IMG/VR virus record: IMGVR_UViG_3300036402_000045
Span: 1 to 64,000 of that record
Direction: 5' to 3' (one strand)
DNA from: a virus
DNA length: 64,000 bases
The notes under the pieces were generated by a model that was given only the letters and a program-made list of their open reading frames with translations, did no database searches and was not told the DNA's origin. The translations under genes and the position numbers were made by a program. Below, piece by piece: positions 45,606 to 55,147 of the stretch (position 1 is its first letter; every line of letters starts with the position of its first letter).

Positions 45606-46187
45606 ATGCCGAAGAAGAGCGCAGCAGACGCCCTCAAGGAAGCCTTCAACGACTTCATCGATGAGCTTGCCGCCGCCGGTCCTGCCGACGACGACGAGTT
45701 CGAGGACGATGAGGATCTGGAGGACGAGGATTCCGAAGAGGAAGAGGACGACGATGAGGACGAGGACGAAGAGATCCCCGTCTACACCGAGAAGCAGCTT
45801 GCGAAGAAGAGCAAGGAAGAGCTTCTGGTCATCGCCAAGGCCCTCGATCTCGACACGACCCGCAAGCGCGAGAACACGCTGCGGACCATGATCCTCGAAG
45901 CCCAGTCCGAAGAGGATGAGGACGACGAAGAAGAGTCCGAAGACGAGGACGACGAGGACTGGGACGACGAGGACGATTCCGAAGACGACGAGGACGATGA
46001 GGACTCGGACGACGACGAGGATGACGACGACGAGGACTGGGACGAGGACGACGAGGATGACGAGGACGAGGCTCCTGCCAAGTCCAGCAAGGCGTCCAAG
46101 TCCGCGAAGAAGTCCACCAAGAAGGCCGCTGGCACCCCCAAGAAGTCCACGGGGGCGAAGAAGGCCACCGCACGGAAGCGCCGGTAG
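45606..46187 (+). CDS. Highly acidic Asp/Glu-tract protein with Lys-rich tail
   Basis: Two long D/E tracts around LAKKSKEELLVIAKALDL; AKK tail. Confidence 0.7.
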   Translation: MPKKSAADALKEAFNDFIDELAAAGPADDDEFEDDEDLEDEDSEEEEDDDEDEDEEIPVYTEKQLAKKSKEELLVIAKALDLDTTRKRENTLRTMILEAQSEEDEDDEEESEDEDDEDWDDEDDSEDDEDDEDSDDDEDDDDEDWDEDDEDDEDEAPAKSSKASKSAKKSTKKAAGTPKKSTGAKKATARKRR

Positions 46188-46607
46188 ATGGCCGACGAGA
46201 ACGTCCTTCTCAACAAGGCCATCGCTCACGCCAACCGAGCAGAAGAGCTTGCGCGGGAAGGGTTCCTGGAGGTTGCGGATCTCCACGACTCGATCGCCAA
46301 CACCTTCCGTTCGCTGGCCCATGAGGTTCGTGTGGGCAAGTCCAAGCGGAAGTACGAAGGGGTTTCCGAAACCTTCGAGCTTCCGTACACGATGACCAAC
46401 GAGCTTCGCGGTGCGGAGAAGGACGTTCCGCCGCCGACGTTCGTGTCCAACTACTTCGGTGCTCAGGGCGAAGCTCCCCGCGGTATCGGTCAGGAGATCC
46501 CCGGCGTCCCCGGTGGCTTCATGCAGCAGACCGAGGCCGCACGCGTCGCATTCGGTGAAGACACCGACGCCGACCATGAGGTTGACGGAGACAGCACCAA
46601 GTCGTAG
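46188..46607 (+). CDS. Hypothetical protein
   Basis: ORF track. Confidence 0.6.
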   Translation: MADENVLLNKAIAHANRAEELAREGFLEVADLHDSIANTFRSLAHEVRVGKSKRKYEGVSETFELPYTMTNELRGAEKDVPPPTFVSNYFGAQGEAPRGIGQEIPGVPGGFMQQTEAARVAFGEDTDADHEVDGDSTKS

Positions 46608-46644
46608 ATTCACCGGTCCTACGGCTGGCGAATTCGCTGGTTGA

Positions 46645-46691
46645 AAGAGAGCAGGGGCTTCGGTCCCTGCTCTCTTCGCGTCTGCGTATCA
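46645..46691 (+). terminator. Terminator hairpin with CGCGT tail fused to CGTATCA promoter
   Basis: AAGAGAGCAGGG/CCCTGCTCTCTT then CGCGTCTGCGTATCA. Confidence 0.65.
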
Positions 46692-46697
46692 CTAGGC

Positions 46698-47483
46698 ATG
46701 ACCGAAGAGATCACCTTCCGGAGTGATTTCGCCATATCTGTTGTTGACGAGATGGCGAATGACGAGTCGGTGTTGCGGGCCATGCTCGTTGCCACCGACA
46801 AGGTTCCTACTGGCTCTGCCGAAACCACGGCCAACACGGGACGGATCAACGCCCTGATGCGAGATCGGCACGGCACTCCGTTCGAGCACAACAGCATCAT
46901 CTTCTACGCGGAGGCCCCGATCTTCGTCTTCCGTGAGTGGCACCGCCACCGCATCGGAATCTCGATCAACGAGCAGAGCGGGCGGTATTCCGAACTTCCG
47001 CCCATGTTCTACGTCCCGCCTCGCCATCGTCCTCTCGTCAAGGTCGAAGGCACGAAGCAAATGGCCTACGAAAACGAGCTTGCGAGCGATGAGCAGTACG
47101 CCAGAAAGATCGCCGGAGACAAGCGGGTGATGGCAGCGGCCTATCGGGAGTACGAACGGCAGCTTGAGGACGGGATCGTGAAAGAGTCCGCTCGCAACTG
47201 CCTTCCGGTCAGCATCTACTCAAAGATGTTCTGGACTTGCAACGCCCGTTCGCTCATGGCGTTCCTGTCGCTCCGTGTTCGCAAGGGTCCGTTCTGGAAC
47301 CAGACCGAGACGCTTGACGGTGTTCCTACGGACTACTGGACGCAAGACCCCGAAGGTTCGGTTTTCCCGAGCAAGCCTGCTTGGGAGATCGATGCGTGTG
47401 CTCAAGCGATGGAGCAGTTGTTCGCAACGCTCATGCCGGTCACGCACGAAGCGTTCCTGAAGCACGGTCGCGTTGCTCCATGA
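46698..47483 (+). CDS. thyX: Flavin-dependent thymidylate synthase
   Basis: HGTPFEH, REWHRHR...NEQSGRY, ARNCLP, NARSL. Confidence 0.93.
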   Translation: MTEEITFRSDFAISVVDEMANDESVLRAMLVATDKVPTGSAETTANTGRINALMRDRHGTPFEHNSIIFYAEAPIFVFREWHRHRIGISINEQSGRYSELPPMFYVPPRHRPLVKVEGTKQMAYENELASDEQYARKIAGDKRVMAAAYREYERQLEDGIVKESARNCLPVSIYSKMFWTCNARSLMAFLSLRVRKGPFWNQTETLDGVPTDYWTQDPEGSVFPSKPAWEIDACAQAMEQLFATLMPVTHEAFLKHGRVAP

Positions 47484-47863
47484 ACGATCCCACGAAGCAC
47501 CTTGATCTTTCTGACCCCGCCAACGCTGCGAGCTTGCGCCTGCACGTTGACATCTGGGTCAAGCAGGAAAGGAAGCACTACGCCGACGTGAAGTACGCCG
47601 AGGATCAGAAGGGCCGTCAAGATCTGATCTCGGACACGACGAACTTTCCGAACTTCGACGGTCCCGAAGGAACGACGTGGATCACGTTCCTCACGAACTA
47701 CCTCGGTCGCGCACAGCGCTTCGGGGTCAACACACCGCAGGGTCGTCAGCAGCTAGGCAAGCTCATCGCCACCGCAACACACTGTCTGGAAACTGCCGTG
47801 ATGGTTCACGGTCGGCTCCCCAAGCCCGGAGTTCCGTCCGGAGAAATCGAGGAATGGACATGA
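47480..47863 (+). CDS. Hypothetical protein
   Basis: ATGA overlap. Confidence 0.6.
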   Translation: MNDPTKHLDLSDPANAASLRLHVDIWVKQERKHYADVKYAEDQKGRQDLISDTTNFPNFDGPEGTTWITFLTNYLGRAQRFGVNTPQGRQQLGKLIATATHCLETAVMVHGRLPKPGVPSGEIEEWT

Positions 47864-48210
47864 GACACGCACGCGAGGACTACGAGGCCATCCAGCCTTT
47901 CCCCACGAAGCGTCCGCATCACGTCAGGATCGACGGCAACTTGGTGATGAATATCCAGGGTGACATCGAACACCTGGGCAAGCACATGGACCCGATCATT
48001 CCCGACGACGAGCCGGTCTTCATCATCCGTGCGAAGGACATCGTTGGTCCCGAGACGGTTCGCATGTGGGCGCAGTTCTCTGAAGACGCCGGTGCAGATT
48101 CCGAACTTGTCTTCAAGGTCCGTGAGTGGGCGCAGGAGATGGAGAACTACGCAGCCATCCACTACAACGGCGGCAAGGTTGCCGACACGCCCGAAGGGAT
48201 TCTGAAGTGA
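47860..48210 (+). CDS. Conserved phage hypothetical protein
   Basis: IPDDEPVFIIRAKD. Confidence 0.65.
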   Translation: MRHAREDYEAIQPFPTKRPHHVRIDGNLVMNIQGDIEHLGKHMDPIIPDDEPVFIIRAKDIVGPETVRMWAQFSEDAGADSELVFKVREWAQEMENYAAIHYNGGKVADTPEGILK

Positions 48211-48437
48211 CCTACTGGCGAGTTCTATTCGTTGGTGGTCAAGAGATGTTCCTGGCAACCAAGTCCGAAGACACCGACATCATTCCGGCCCTTGGCGAAA
48301 CGGAGTTCATGTTCGTCACCGCAGACGATCACAATTCTCCTGTTCTCATTGGGCCAACCCGCAACCTCTTGACGATCACCAAGGCATCGCAAGAGATGTA
48401 TGACGAGTTCACCCAAAAGAACGGAGTTCTGAAGTGA
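48207..48437 (+). CDS. Hypothetical protein
   Basis: GTGA overlap. Confidence 0.5.
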   Translation: MTYWRVLFVGGQEMFLATKSEDTDIIPALGETEFMFVTADDHNSPVLIGPTRNLLTITKASQEMYDEFTQKNGVLK

Positions 48438-48733
48438 GCGACATCGCACAGCCAACATTCATCTTCAACATGGGCGACCGTGTGAAGGACGTTGTGAGCG
48501 GCTACGAGGGCATCGTCATGGCCCGGTTCGAATACTGGACCGGGTGCAACCACTACGGCGTTGAGGGACAAGCTCAGGTGGGAACCAAGCTGCCCTACGA
48601 GAGCTTTGATGAGCAACGCCTTGAAGTGGTTCAGTCCAACGCCGTGCGACTGGCACGGGACTACAAGGCAGAACCCGCTTCTCGTCGTTCCCCTGACGCC
48701 GCCGCTCCACGCGACCCCCACCGACCGGCCTGA
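48434..48733 (+). CDS. Conserved phage hypothetical protein
   Basis: GDRVKDVVSGYEGIV.AR.EY.TGC...FDEQRL. Confidence 0.65.
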   Translation: MSDIAQPTFIFNMGDRVKDVVSGYEGIVMARFEYWTGCNHYGVEGQAQVGTKLPYESFDEQRLEVVQSNAVRLARDYKAEPASRRSPDAAAPRDPHRPA

Positions 48734-48743
48734 AAGGTTTCCA

Positions 48744-49025
48744 ATGGACTTCGGAGAGATTCCGCCCGAGGCCGAGGCACAGCGTCCTTGGCTCAAGAAG
48801 ATCAACATCGGACCGCCCCGTGATGACGAAGCTGGCGTGATCGGTTCGTTGCCTGCGCTCATGGGCAACGAAGTCAAGGAGGGCATTGGGGAGATCGGCG
48901 TTATCCGAATCTGTGCCACGCCAAGCTCTGACGATCTCCTGCGCCTTCAGGCCGGTGAGAAGATCTGGATCGAGATCTGGTCGTCCGTGATGTATCCGAT
49001 CGCAATCGAAGTCGGCAAGACCTGA
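48744..49025 (+). CDS. Hypothetical protein
   Basis: GAAAGG RBS. Confidence 0.55.
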   Translation: MDFGEIPPEAEAQRPWLKKINIGPPRDDEAGVIGSLPALMGNEVKEGIGEIGVIRICATPSSDDLLRLQAGEKIWIEIWSSVMYPIAIEVGKT

Positions 49026-49303
49026 TGATCGTTGCGAAGTTCCTGGCCCCTCCGGGCTTCGACTGGCGGTTCGAGGATCACCCTCGCTATGGCCGCATGT
49101 GGCATCTCGGCAAGGTGCTTGACCCCACCGACCCTTGGAGCCGCCAGTACGTCCCGATGGGCCGAATGGGCCGGGACTTCGCTCCGATGTGGACCGTGAC
49201 CGAAGAGACGTTGCGAGTCGCCTTTTATCCCGCGCTTGTTATCCGAATGATTCTGGAAGAAAGCGCACACCACCTGAAAGTCATCGAAACCCACCATGCC
49301 TAA
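49025..49303 (+). CDS. Hypothetical protein
   Basis: Coupled. Confidence 0.5.
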   Translation: MIVAKFLAPPGFDWRFEDHPRYGRMWHLGKVLDPTDPWSRQYVPMGRMGRDFAPMWTVTEETLRVAFYPALVIRMILEESAHHLKVIETHHA

Positions 49304-52300
49304 CCGTTTTGCACACCTTCACCTTCACGACGAGTATTCGATGCTCGATGGTCTAGGGAAGATTCCGGAGTACGTGTCTCGCGGGAAGAAGCTGGGGATG
49401 CAGCACATGGCCCAGACCAACCACGGCAACATCGCTGGCGCACCTGACTTCTACAAGGAGTGCAAGGCGAACGGGATCAATCCGATCCTCGGTTGCGAGT
49501 TCTACTTCGTGCCCGATGTGACCACGGTGGCCGAAGACATGAAGCGACGACGCAAGGAGTCTGAGCACGACGATGCAGAGGCCAACCGATACCACGTCGT
49601 CTTCCTCGCTAAGAACGAGGACGGGTTCAAGACGCTCGTTGATCTCAACAGCGAGTCTCACCGGAACTACTACTACAAGCCCCTCATCGATCGCAGCATG
49701 GTCGAAGCTCTCGGATCAGAATCCGAAAATCTCATCGTGCTGTCTGGGTGTGCTGGCTCCATCCTTTCCCGCAAGGCACTTCACGCTTCGAGGGACGAAG
49801 CTCTCGATGAGGCCCGCTGGTGGAGCGAGCAGTTCGAGTCCTTCTACATCGAGCTTCAGCATCACAACGCTCCGGACGATCGAAAGCTCAATCAACGACT
49901 GGTTCGCATCGCGAGAGATCTCGCCCTCCCCCACGTCATCACCAACGATCCCCACTACGTCGTCGCAGAACAGGCCGAGGCCCACGATTGCCTTCTGGCC
50001 GTTCAGACCGCAGCAGACGTTGATGATCCTGATCGATTCCGGTTCGAGGGAGAAGGCTTCCACCTGAAAGGCCGCAAGGAGATGGAGCGCACGTTCCGCG
50101 GCTACCGAGAAGACGTGTGGCGTCCTGGCCTTGACAACTCTCTGAAGATCGCCTCAGAGATCAACATCACGATTCCCGCTTGGGACACCCGGACCTGGCA
50201 CATTCCGAATCTCCCCGGCGTCACCGATCCTGATACTCGCGTCAAGGAGCTTGCGGTCAAGGAACTAAAGCGACGTGGCTGGGACAAGAAGCCCGAGTAC
50301 GCCGAACGCCTGCGCTACGAGCTTCCGAAGGTTCGCAAGGCCAAGATCACCGGGGCGATGCTCATCACCCGTGACGCTCTGCGCTACGCCAAGCGCAAGG
50401 GCTACCGAGTCGGTCCGGGCCGTGGTTCGGTGTGCGGCTCACTGGTGGGCTACCTCATCGGCATCCACAAGATCGATCCCGTCAAGTACGACCTGCTCTT
50501 CGAGCGGTTCCTGAACCCTGAGCGCCCGAAGATGCCCGACATCGATTCGGACTTTGAGCGCGCTCACCGTGACGACGTGATCGAGTATTCGATTCGGAAG
50601 TTCGGCGCTGACAACGTGATCCGTGTCGCGGCGTTCTCAACCATGCAGGCGAAGGGAGCGTTCCAGTCCCTTGCTCGCGCCTACGGCATCGATCACATTC
50701 AGCGCAACCGTCTGACGAAGGAGATGCTGGAGGACGAGGAAGGCAACACCGTTCTCCCGGAGGAAATCCGAAACAACTATCCCGAGCTTGTCGAACGGAT
50801 GAAGCAGATCGAAGGTCTAAAGAAGGGGATCTCCCGGCATCCCGCTGGGATCGTGATCCTCCAACCCGAAGACCCGATCAAGGAACTGATCCCCGAGATG
50901 TGGATCGCCGGTTCGAAGAAGATGGTCGGGCAGTACGACCTGGACACGGTTTCTGATCTCGGACTGTTCAAGCAGGACTACTTGGTGATCCGAGCGCTGG
51001 ACACGATCGAGTGGACATGCCGGTTCGTGAAGGAGCGCCACGGCATCGACATCGATCCCGACGAGTGGGTTCCGGATGAAGAGAAGTACGACAGCCGGAT
51101 CTACAAGATGCTGGCGGCTGGCAAGACCGCTGGCGTGTTCCAGATGGAAGGCGGCACGAACCACCGAGGCATCCAGCAGATCAAGCCCACAAAGTTCGAA
51201 GACATCGTTTCGTGTACGTCTCTCTATCGAGCCGGTCCGCTCGACGCTGGTGCGGACAAGCGCTTTCTGGAGAACCGAGCAGACGGCATCGTGCGCGTCA
51301 TGCACAAGTCCCTGGAACCGATCCTCAATACCACTTGGGGAGAGATGATCTACCAGGAGCAGATGTTCCGAATCTTGAACGAGGTTGCGGGCTTCTCTTG
51401 GGCAAGGGTTGACGACGCCAAGACCGCTGTGTCGAAGAAAGACCCCGAGAAGATGGCGAAGCTGAAGGACGAAGCCATCGCTGGGTTCATGCGGATCGGC
51501 GGCATGTCCGAGTCAAAGGCCGAAGAAGTGTGGGCGATGATCGCTGCACAAGCGACCTACCTCTTCAACCGTTCGCACGCCGTTGCGTACTCGATGCTCT
51601 CCTACCAGACGGCACGGCTGAAGTACCTGTACCCGCTGGAGTACCTGGCCGCTCTTCTCGCCACTGTGGAGCCGAAGAACAAGACCGACATCGCGAAGCG
51701 TGAGCGCTACATGAGCGAAGTCGTTCTTGAGGGTTTCCGAATCTTGGCACCCGACATCAACAAGTCCGCAGAGCGTTTCCGCCCCGAAGGGAAGGACGCT
51801 GTTCGCTTCGGCTTCTTCGACGTGAGTGGGATCGGTGAGAAGACCGCCCCCAGATTGGTCGCAGAGCGCCCCAGAGGGGGCTACAAGAAGCTCGCAGAGG
51901 TCCGGGCGGCTGGAATGAACGCCAGCGCCATCCAGGCCCTCAGCGAGAGCGGAGCGCTCGAAGCCATTGGCATGAAGACCACAAAGGCGTTGCAGGAGAC
52001 GCGACTGAAGTGGCAGTTCGAGGACAAGATGCTTCCGATCCGTCAGAAGTTCGAGAAGAAGGTCAAGCTCCCGACGAACAAGGACGGCCAAGTCGTCATC
52101 ATCGGTGAGATCAAGAAAACCGAGATCCGTCCCACAAAGCGAGGGACCAACTTCTGCACTTGGGTTCTCCAGTGGGCACCGGGGATGGAATACAAGGTCA
52201 ACATCTGGGACTCGGCATTCGATCTCTTCGAGATTCCGAAGGGCCGTGTCGTTCAGGTGAGCGGCAAGTGGCAAGCCGACTGGCAAAACGTGTCCGTTGG

Positions 52301-52334
52301 GGACTCCGATCAAGTGCGCCTGGTACGGGCGTAG
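49296..52334 (+). CDS. dnaE: DNA polymerase III alpha subunit
   Basis: PHP motifs HLHLH..YS.LDG, TNHG, TNDPHY; GPGRGS; FERFLNPER; PDIDSDF; FNRSHA. Confidence 0.95.
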   Translation: MPNRFAHLHLHDEYSMLDGLGKIPEYVSRGKKLGMQHMAQTNHGNIAGAPDFYKECKANGINPILGCEFYFVPDVTTVAEDMKRRRKESEHDDAEANRYHVVFLAKNEDGFKTLVDLNSESHRNYYYKPLIDRSMVEALGSESENLIVLSGCAGSILSRKALHASRDEALDEARWWSEQFESFYIELQHHNAPDDRKLNQRLVRIARDLALPHVITNDPHYVVAEQAEAHDCLLAVQTAADVDDPDRFRFEGEGFHLKGRKEMERTFRGYREDVWRPGLDNSLKIASEINITIPAWDTRTWHIPNLPGVTDPDTRVKELAVKELKRRGWDKKPEYAERLRYELPKVRKAKITGAMLITRDALRYAKRKGYRVGPGRGSVCGSLVGYLIGIHKIDPVKYDLLFERFLNPERPKMPDIDSDFERAHRDDVIEYSIRKFGADNVIRVAAFSTMQAKGAFQSLARAYGIDHIQRNRLTKEMLEDEEGNTVLPEEIRNNYPELVERMKQIEGLKKGISRHPAGIVILQPEDPIKELIPEMWIAGSKKMVGQYDLDTVSDLGLFKQDYLVIRALDTIEWTCRFVKERHGIDIDPDEWVPDEEKYDSRIYKMLAAGKTAGVFQMEGGTNHRGIQQIKPTKFEDIVSCTSLYRAGPLDAGADKRFLENRADGIVRVMHKSLEPILNTTWGEMIYQEQMFRILNEVAGFSWARVDDAKTAVSKKDPEKMAKLKDEAIAGFMRIGGMSESKAEEVWAMIAAQATYLFNRSHAVAYSMLSYQTARLKYLYPLEYLAALLATVEPKNKTDIAKRERYMSEVVLEGFRILAPDINKSAERFRPEGKDAVRFGFFDVSGIGEKTAPRLVAERPRGGYKKLAEVRAAGMNASAIQALSESGALEAIGMKTTKALQETRLKWQFEDKMLPIRQKFEKKVKLPTNKDGQVVIIGEIKKTEIRPTKRGTNFCTWVLQWAPGMEYKVNIWDSAFDLFEIPKGRVVQVSGKWQADWQNVSVGDSDQVRLVRA

Positions 52335-52353
52335 GAAGGACGTATCACTAGAT

Positions 52354-52632
52354 ATGTCAGGAATCACGATCAAGAGCATCAAGGACTTCAAGATCTATCC
52401 AGCGGTCAAGGTGCTCCCTCGCGTTTGCGAGAGGCCCGAGCACATGACAACGCACGACACGCTAGGTCTTCGGTGCTTCAACGCCGAAGGTCCGGAGTTC
52501 AAGAGCGGGGGCGAAATACGCAAGCACATGTGCGTGTTCCGCCACGATCACTACGGCACCCTGCACTACGCCGTTGTGTTCGACAACGACGGTATCCCCA
52601 CTTGGTACGAATGGGGATGGGCGAGTGCCTGA
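52354..52632 (+). CDS. Hypothetical protein (leaderless)
   Basis: CGTATCA 52341-52347. Confidence 0.55.
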   Translation: MSGITIKSIKDFKIYPAVKVLPRVCERPEHMTTHDTLGLRCFNAEGPEFKSGGEIRKHMCVFRHDHYGTLHYAVVFDNDGIPTWYEWGWASA

Positions 52633-52924
52633 CTACGGCAACCACAACAAGGGCTTCAAGCGCATGGCGCTGCCCGAGGCCAAGAAGGAGTGCAACACCA
52701 AGCTCGACTCCTACGTCCGAGCCGAATGCAACCGGTGTGAGATGGCGGTCATGCTCCACTGTTCGGATTGCAATATTCAGATCACCGGATGCTTCTGTTC
52801 GGACGAGGACCGCTTCGGAAAGAACGAGGCGATCCAGAAGATGATCGACCGCATGGGCTTCGAGAAGGCCAAGGAAAAGCTCACCCGTCAAGGGATCTGG
52901 GTTCCTCCGGGAGTGAAGGGCTAA
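52625..52924 (+). CDS. Zn-binding hypothetical protein
   Basis: CNRC, CSDC, GCFC. Confidence 0.55.
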   Translation: MPDYGNHNKGFKRMALPEAKKECNTKLDSYVRAECNRCEMAVMLHCSDCNIQITGCFCSDEDRFGKNEAIQKMIDRMGFEKAKEKLTRQGIWVPPGVKG

Positions 52925-54003
52925 TGCCTCGCAAGACCACAGAGAAGGTCGAACTGACTCCCGCTGGACTCGCTGCGGCGATGAACAAGAAGTGGGGTCC
53001 AGGAACAATGATGATGGGGAACGACCCTTCCCTCGTCATCGAACGTCTACCGACCGGAATCTTGTCGGTGGACTACGCCATGAAGGGCGGCTTCGCAAGA
53101 GGCCGTCACGTCGAACTATTCGGATCTGCAAACGTCGGGAAGACGGCTCTTGCCTATCGCCTAATGGCGATGACCCAACGTGGCGGTGAGCGGGTCGGCT
53201 ACGTCGATGTGGAGAAGACGTTCGATCCCGACTTCGCTGGGCATCTCGGCGTTGACGTGAAGACGATGGCGTACCACAAGCAGATCAACGCGAACCGTGT
53301 CGTTGACTTCCTGGACGTTCTGCTTCGATCCGAGATGTACGGCGTCCTCTGCGTGGACTCCATCGCCGCGCTGACGCCCAAGATCGAGATCGATTCCGAT
53401 ATGGAGACGACCGGATCAATGGGCATGGAGCAAGCCAAGCTCATGTCCAAGGCCCTTCGGAAACTCACGACCGCCAACGACAGGACGCTCATCATCTGGA
53501 TCAACCAGACCCGTGATTCCGTGGGTGGCATGTTCGCCAAGAAGAACGTCACATCTGGTGGGCGCGCGATGGGCTTCTATGCTTCGACCCGCATCGAGAT
53601 GGTCCGAACGGAGACGATCAAGAAGAAGGGCAAGATCGTAAATCCGAAGAACGGCACCATCACCGAGTCGGACGTGGCAACGGGTCATCGAGTCCTTTTG
53701 CGTATCGAGAAGGACAAGACGGGTTCCGCCAACCCGTTCGACCAGACGAGCTTCGTGTTCTCCTACGAGGACGCGAACATCGATCACCTGGAAGACCTGA
53801 TGTACGTCGGACGACAGGCGGGTGTCGTCCACAAGAGCGGTACGGAGCGTTCGGAGAAGTGGTGGGTCGAAGGCTACGAGGACGACAAGCAATCGGGACG
53901 CACGCGGTTCAAGCGGTGGCTCAAGAACAACCCCGCCGTCGCTGACGAACTGGAAGAGATGATCTGGGAAGATTCCGAACCCGAGGACGAAGAAGACGAG
54001 TAG
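52924..54003 (+). CDS. recA: RecA-like recombinase
   Basis: GSANVGKT, VDSIAAL, SKALRK, INQ.R, TSGGRA. Confidence 0.92.
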   Translation: MPRKTTEKVELTPAGLAAAMNKKWGPGTMMMGNDPSLVIERLPTGILSVDYAMKGGFARGRHVELFGSANVGKTALAYRLMAMTQRGGERVGYVDVEKTFDPDFAGHLGVDVKTMAYHKQINANRVVDFLDVLLRSEMYGVLCVDSIAALTPKIEIDSDMETTGSMGMEQAKLMSKALRKLTTANDRTLIIWINQTRDSVGGMFAKKNVTSGGRAMGFYASTRIEMVRTETIKKKGKIVNPKNGTITESDVATGHRVLLRIEKDKTGSANPFDQTSFVFSYEDANIDHLEDLMYVGRQAGVVHKSGTERSEKWWVEGYEDDKQSGRTRFKRWLKNNPAVADELEEMIWEDSEPEDEEDE

Positions 54004-54317
54004 TGGCGGGATTACCGGAGTGGTTCCACAAGGACCGAGAACGACAGAACACGCGATCTAGAAAGCAGGAACGTGACTACGCGCAAGAGCGACAAGGGAA
54101 AGTCCAACCCGGGAGCGGAAGTAGCTGGCGACGACCCCAAGATGTCCAAGAAGAAGGGTTCCTCACCCAACTCAAGTTCACGGACAAAGACTCCTTCACC
54201 ATCAAAGCGAGCGAGTGGAAAGCGATCCGCAACGACGCGCTCCGGGACGGCAGGGAACCGCGCCTCGTCATCGAGTTCTCAAAACACGGGTTCACTGTTG
54301 CCGTTTCCGAATCCTGA
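54003..54317 (+). CDS. PD-(D/E)XK Holliday-junction-resolvase-like protein
   Basis: QE...PGSGS...DV...QLKFT. Confidence 0.7.
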   Translation: MAGLPEWFHKDRERQNTRSRKQERDYAQERQGKVQPGSGSSWRRPQDVQEEGFLTQLKFTDKDSFTIKASEWKAIRNDALRDGREPRLVIEFSKHGFTVAVSES

Positions 54318-54327
54318 AGACCGGGAG

Positions 54328-54537
54328 ATGGAGCGGGAGGGGACCGTCACCATCAACTTCGTGACGTATGGCCGGAAGGATCAGGCCGAGAAGACAGCAC
54401 AGCAGATGGTCAAGGATCTCCAGGTTCGTCAGCACAGCATCGTCCACGCCGCTTTCGACGGCAGCGAGCTTCAGATCAATCGCAAGTGGTCAACCCCGGT
54501 GCTCGATCACGACCATGACGAGCCGGTCGTTGACTGA
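54328..54537 (+). CDS. Hypothetical protein
   Basis: MEREGTV. Confidence 0.5.
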   Translation: MEREGTVTINFVTYGRKDQAEKTAQQMVKDLQVRQHSIVHAAFDGSELQINRKWSTPVLDHDHDEPVVD

Positions 54538-54725
54538 TGGCGGGCAAGAAGAACGAACTGTGGATTCTCATCGCTTTGGTGTCTGCGCTGTTCCTCGTCG
54601 TTGTGATGTGGCTGTCACTGACGATGATTGCTGACAACGCCAACGATCAAGAGCGAAACATCAAACGGTGCCTGCGGATCGAGAATTCCGAAGCCGCTCT
54701 TCGATGTGTGGCTAGCGAAATCTGA
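54537..54725 (+). CDS. Small membrane protein
   Basis: One TM helix. Confidence 0.55.
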   Translation: MAGKKNELWILIALVSALFLVVVMWLSLTMIADNANDQERNIKRCLRIENSEAALRCVASEI

Positions 54726-55147
54726 TGATCGACAAGGAAGCTCGGATCATTCTGAAGCGCTGGACTCGCTGCCAGTATTACGTCTACCTCCGTCCGCTGG
54801 ACTACCGCTTCTACAACCCGACCGCTGACTTCGCCGTTCACTGGAAAGTGACGGTGGAGTACCGAGGGCTGGGTTACAAGCAACACGTCGGAGAGGGCAT
54901 GAACCTTTCCGAAGTAATCAAGAAACTGGGCCTAGAGGTTCCGCTGAACAAGCCGAAGCTGTCGCCCCGAGCTTCAGTCCCGCGCCCAACCACCGTGGCG
55001 AAGATCAACGTCAATATCCGAAAGAACCCCGGTCGGGTGAAGCTGACCCAGAAGTTCGTTGACGACGCCAGAGGCGATGCGGAGGCGATGCCCGCCAACG
55101 GGGGCGTCCGGAAGCGGAAGAAGAAGCCTCATGCCCGTCGCAAGTGA
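54725..55147 (+). CDS. Hypothetical basic protein
   Basis: Coupled ORF. Confidence 0.55.
   Translation: MIDKEARIILKRWTRCQYYVYLRPLDYRFYNPTADFAVHWKVTVEYRGLGYKQHVGEGMNLSEVIKKLGLEVPLNKPKLSPRASVPRPTTVAKINVNIRKNPGRVKLTQKFVDDARGDAEAMPANGGVRKRKKKPHARRK

Noticed and set aside
45690-46070. GAC/GAG triplet runs as a DNA repeat element
   Set aside because: Explained by Asp/Glu codons of the acidic protein
13448-54003. Bacterial chromosome (DnaA boxes, dnaB, dnaE, recA, thyX)
   Set aside because: No dnaA/dnaN or housekeeping operons; terminase, lysis and tail genes and dense small ORFs indicate a phage
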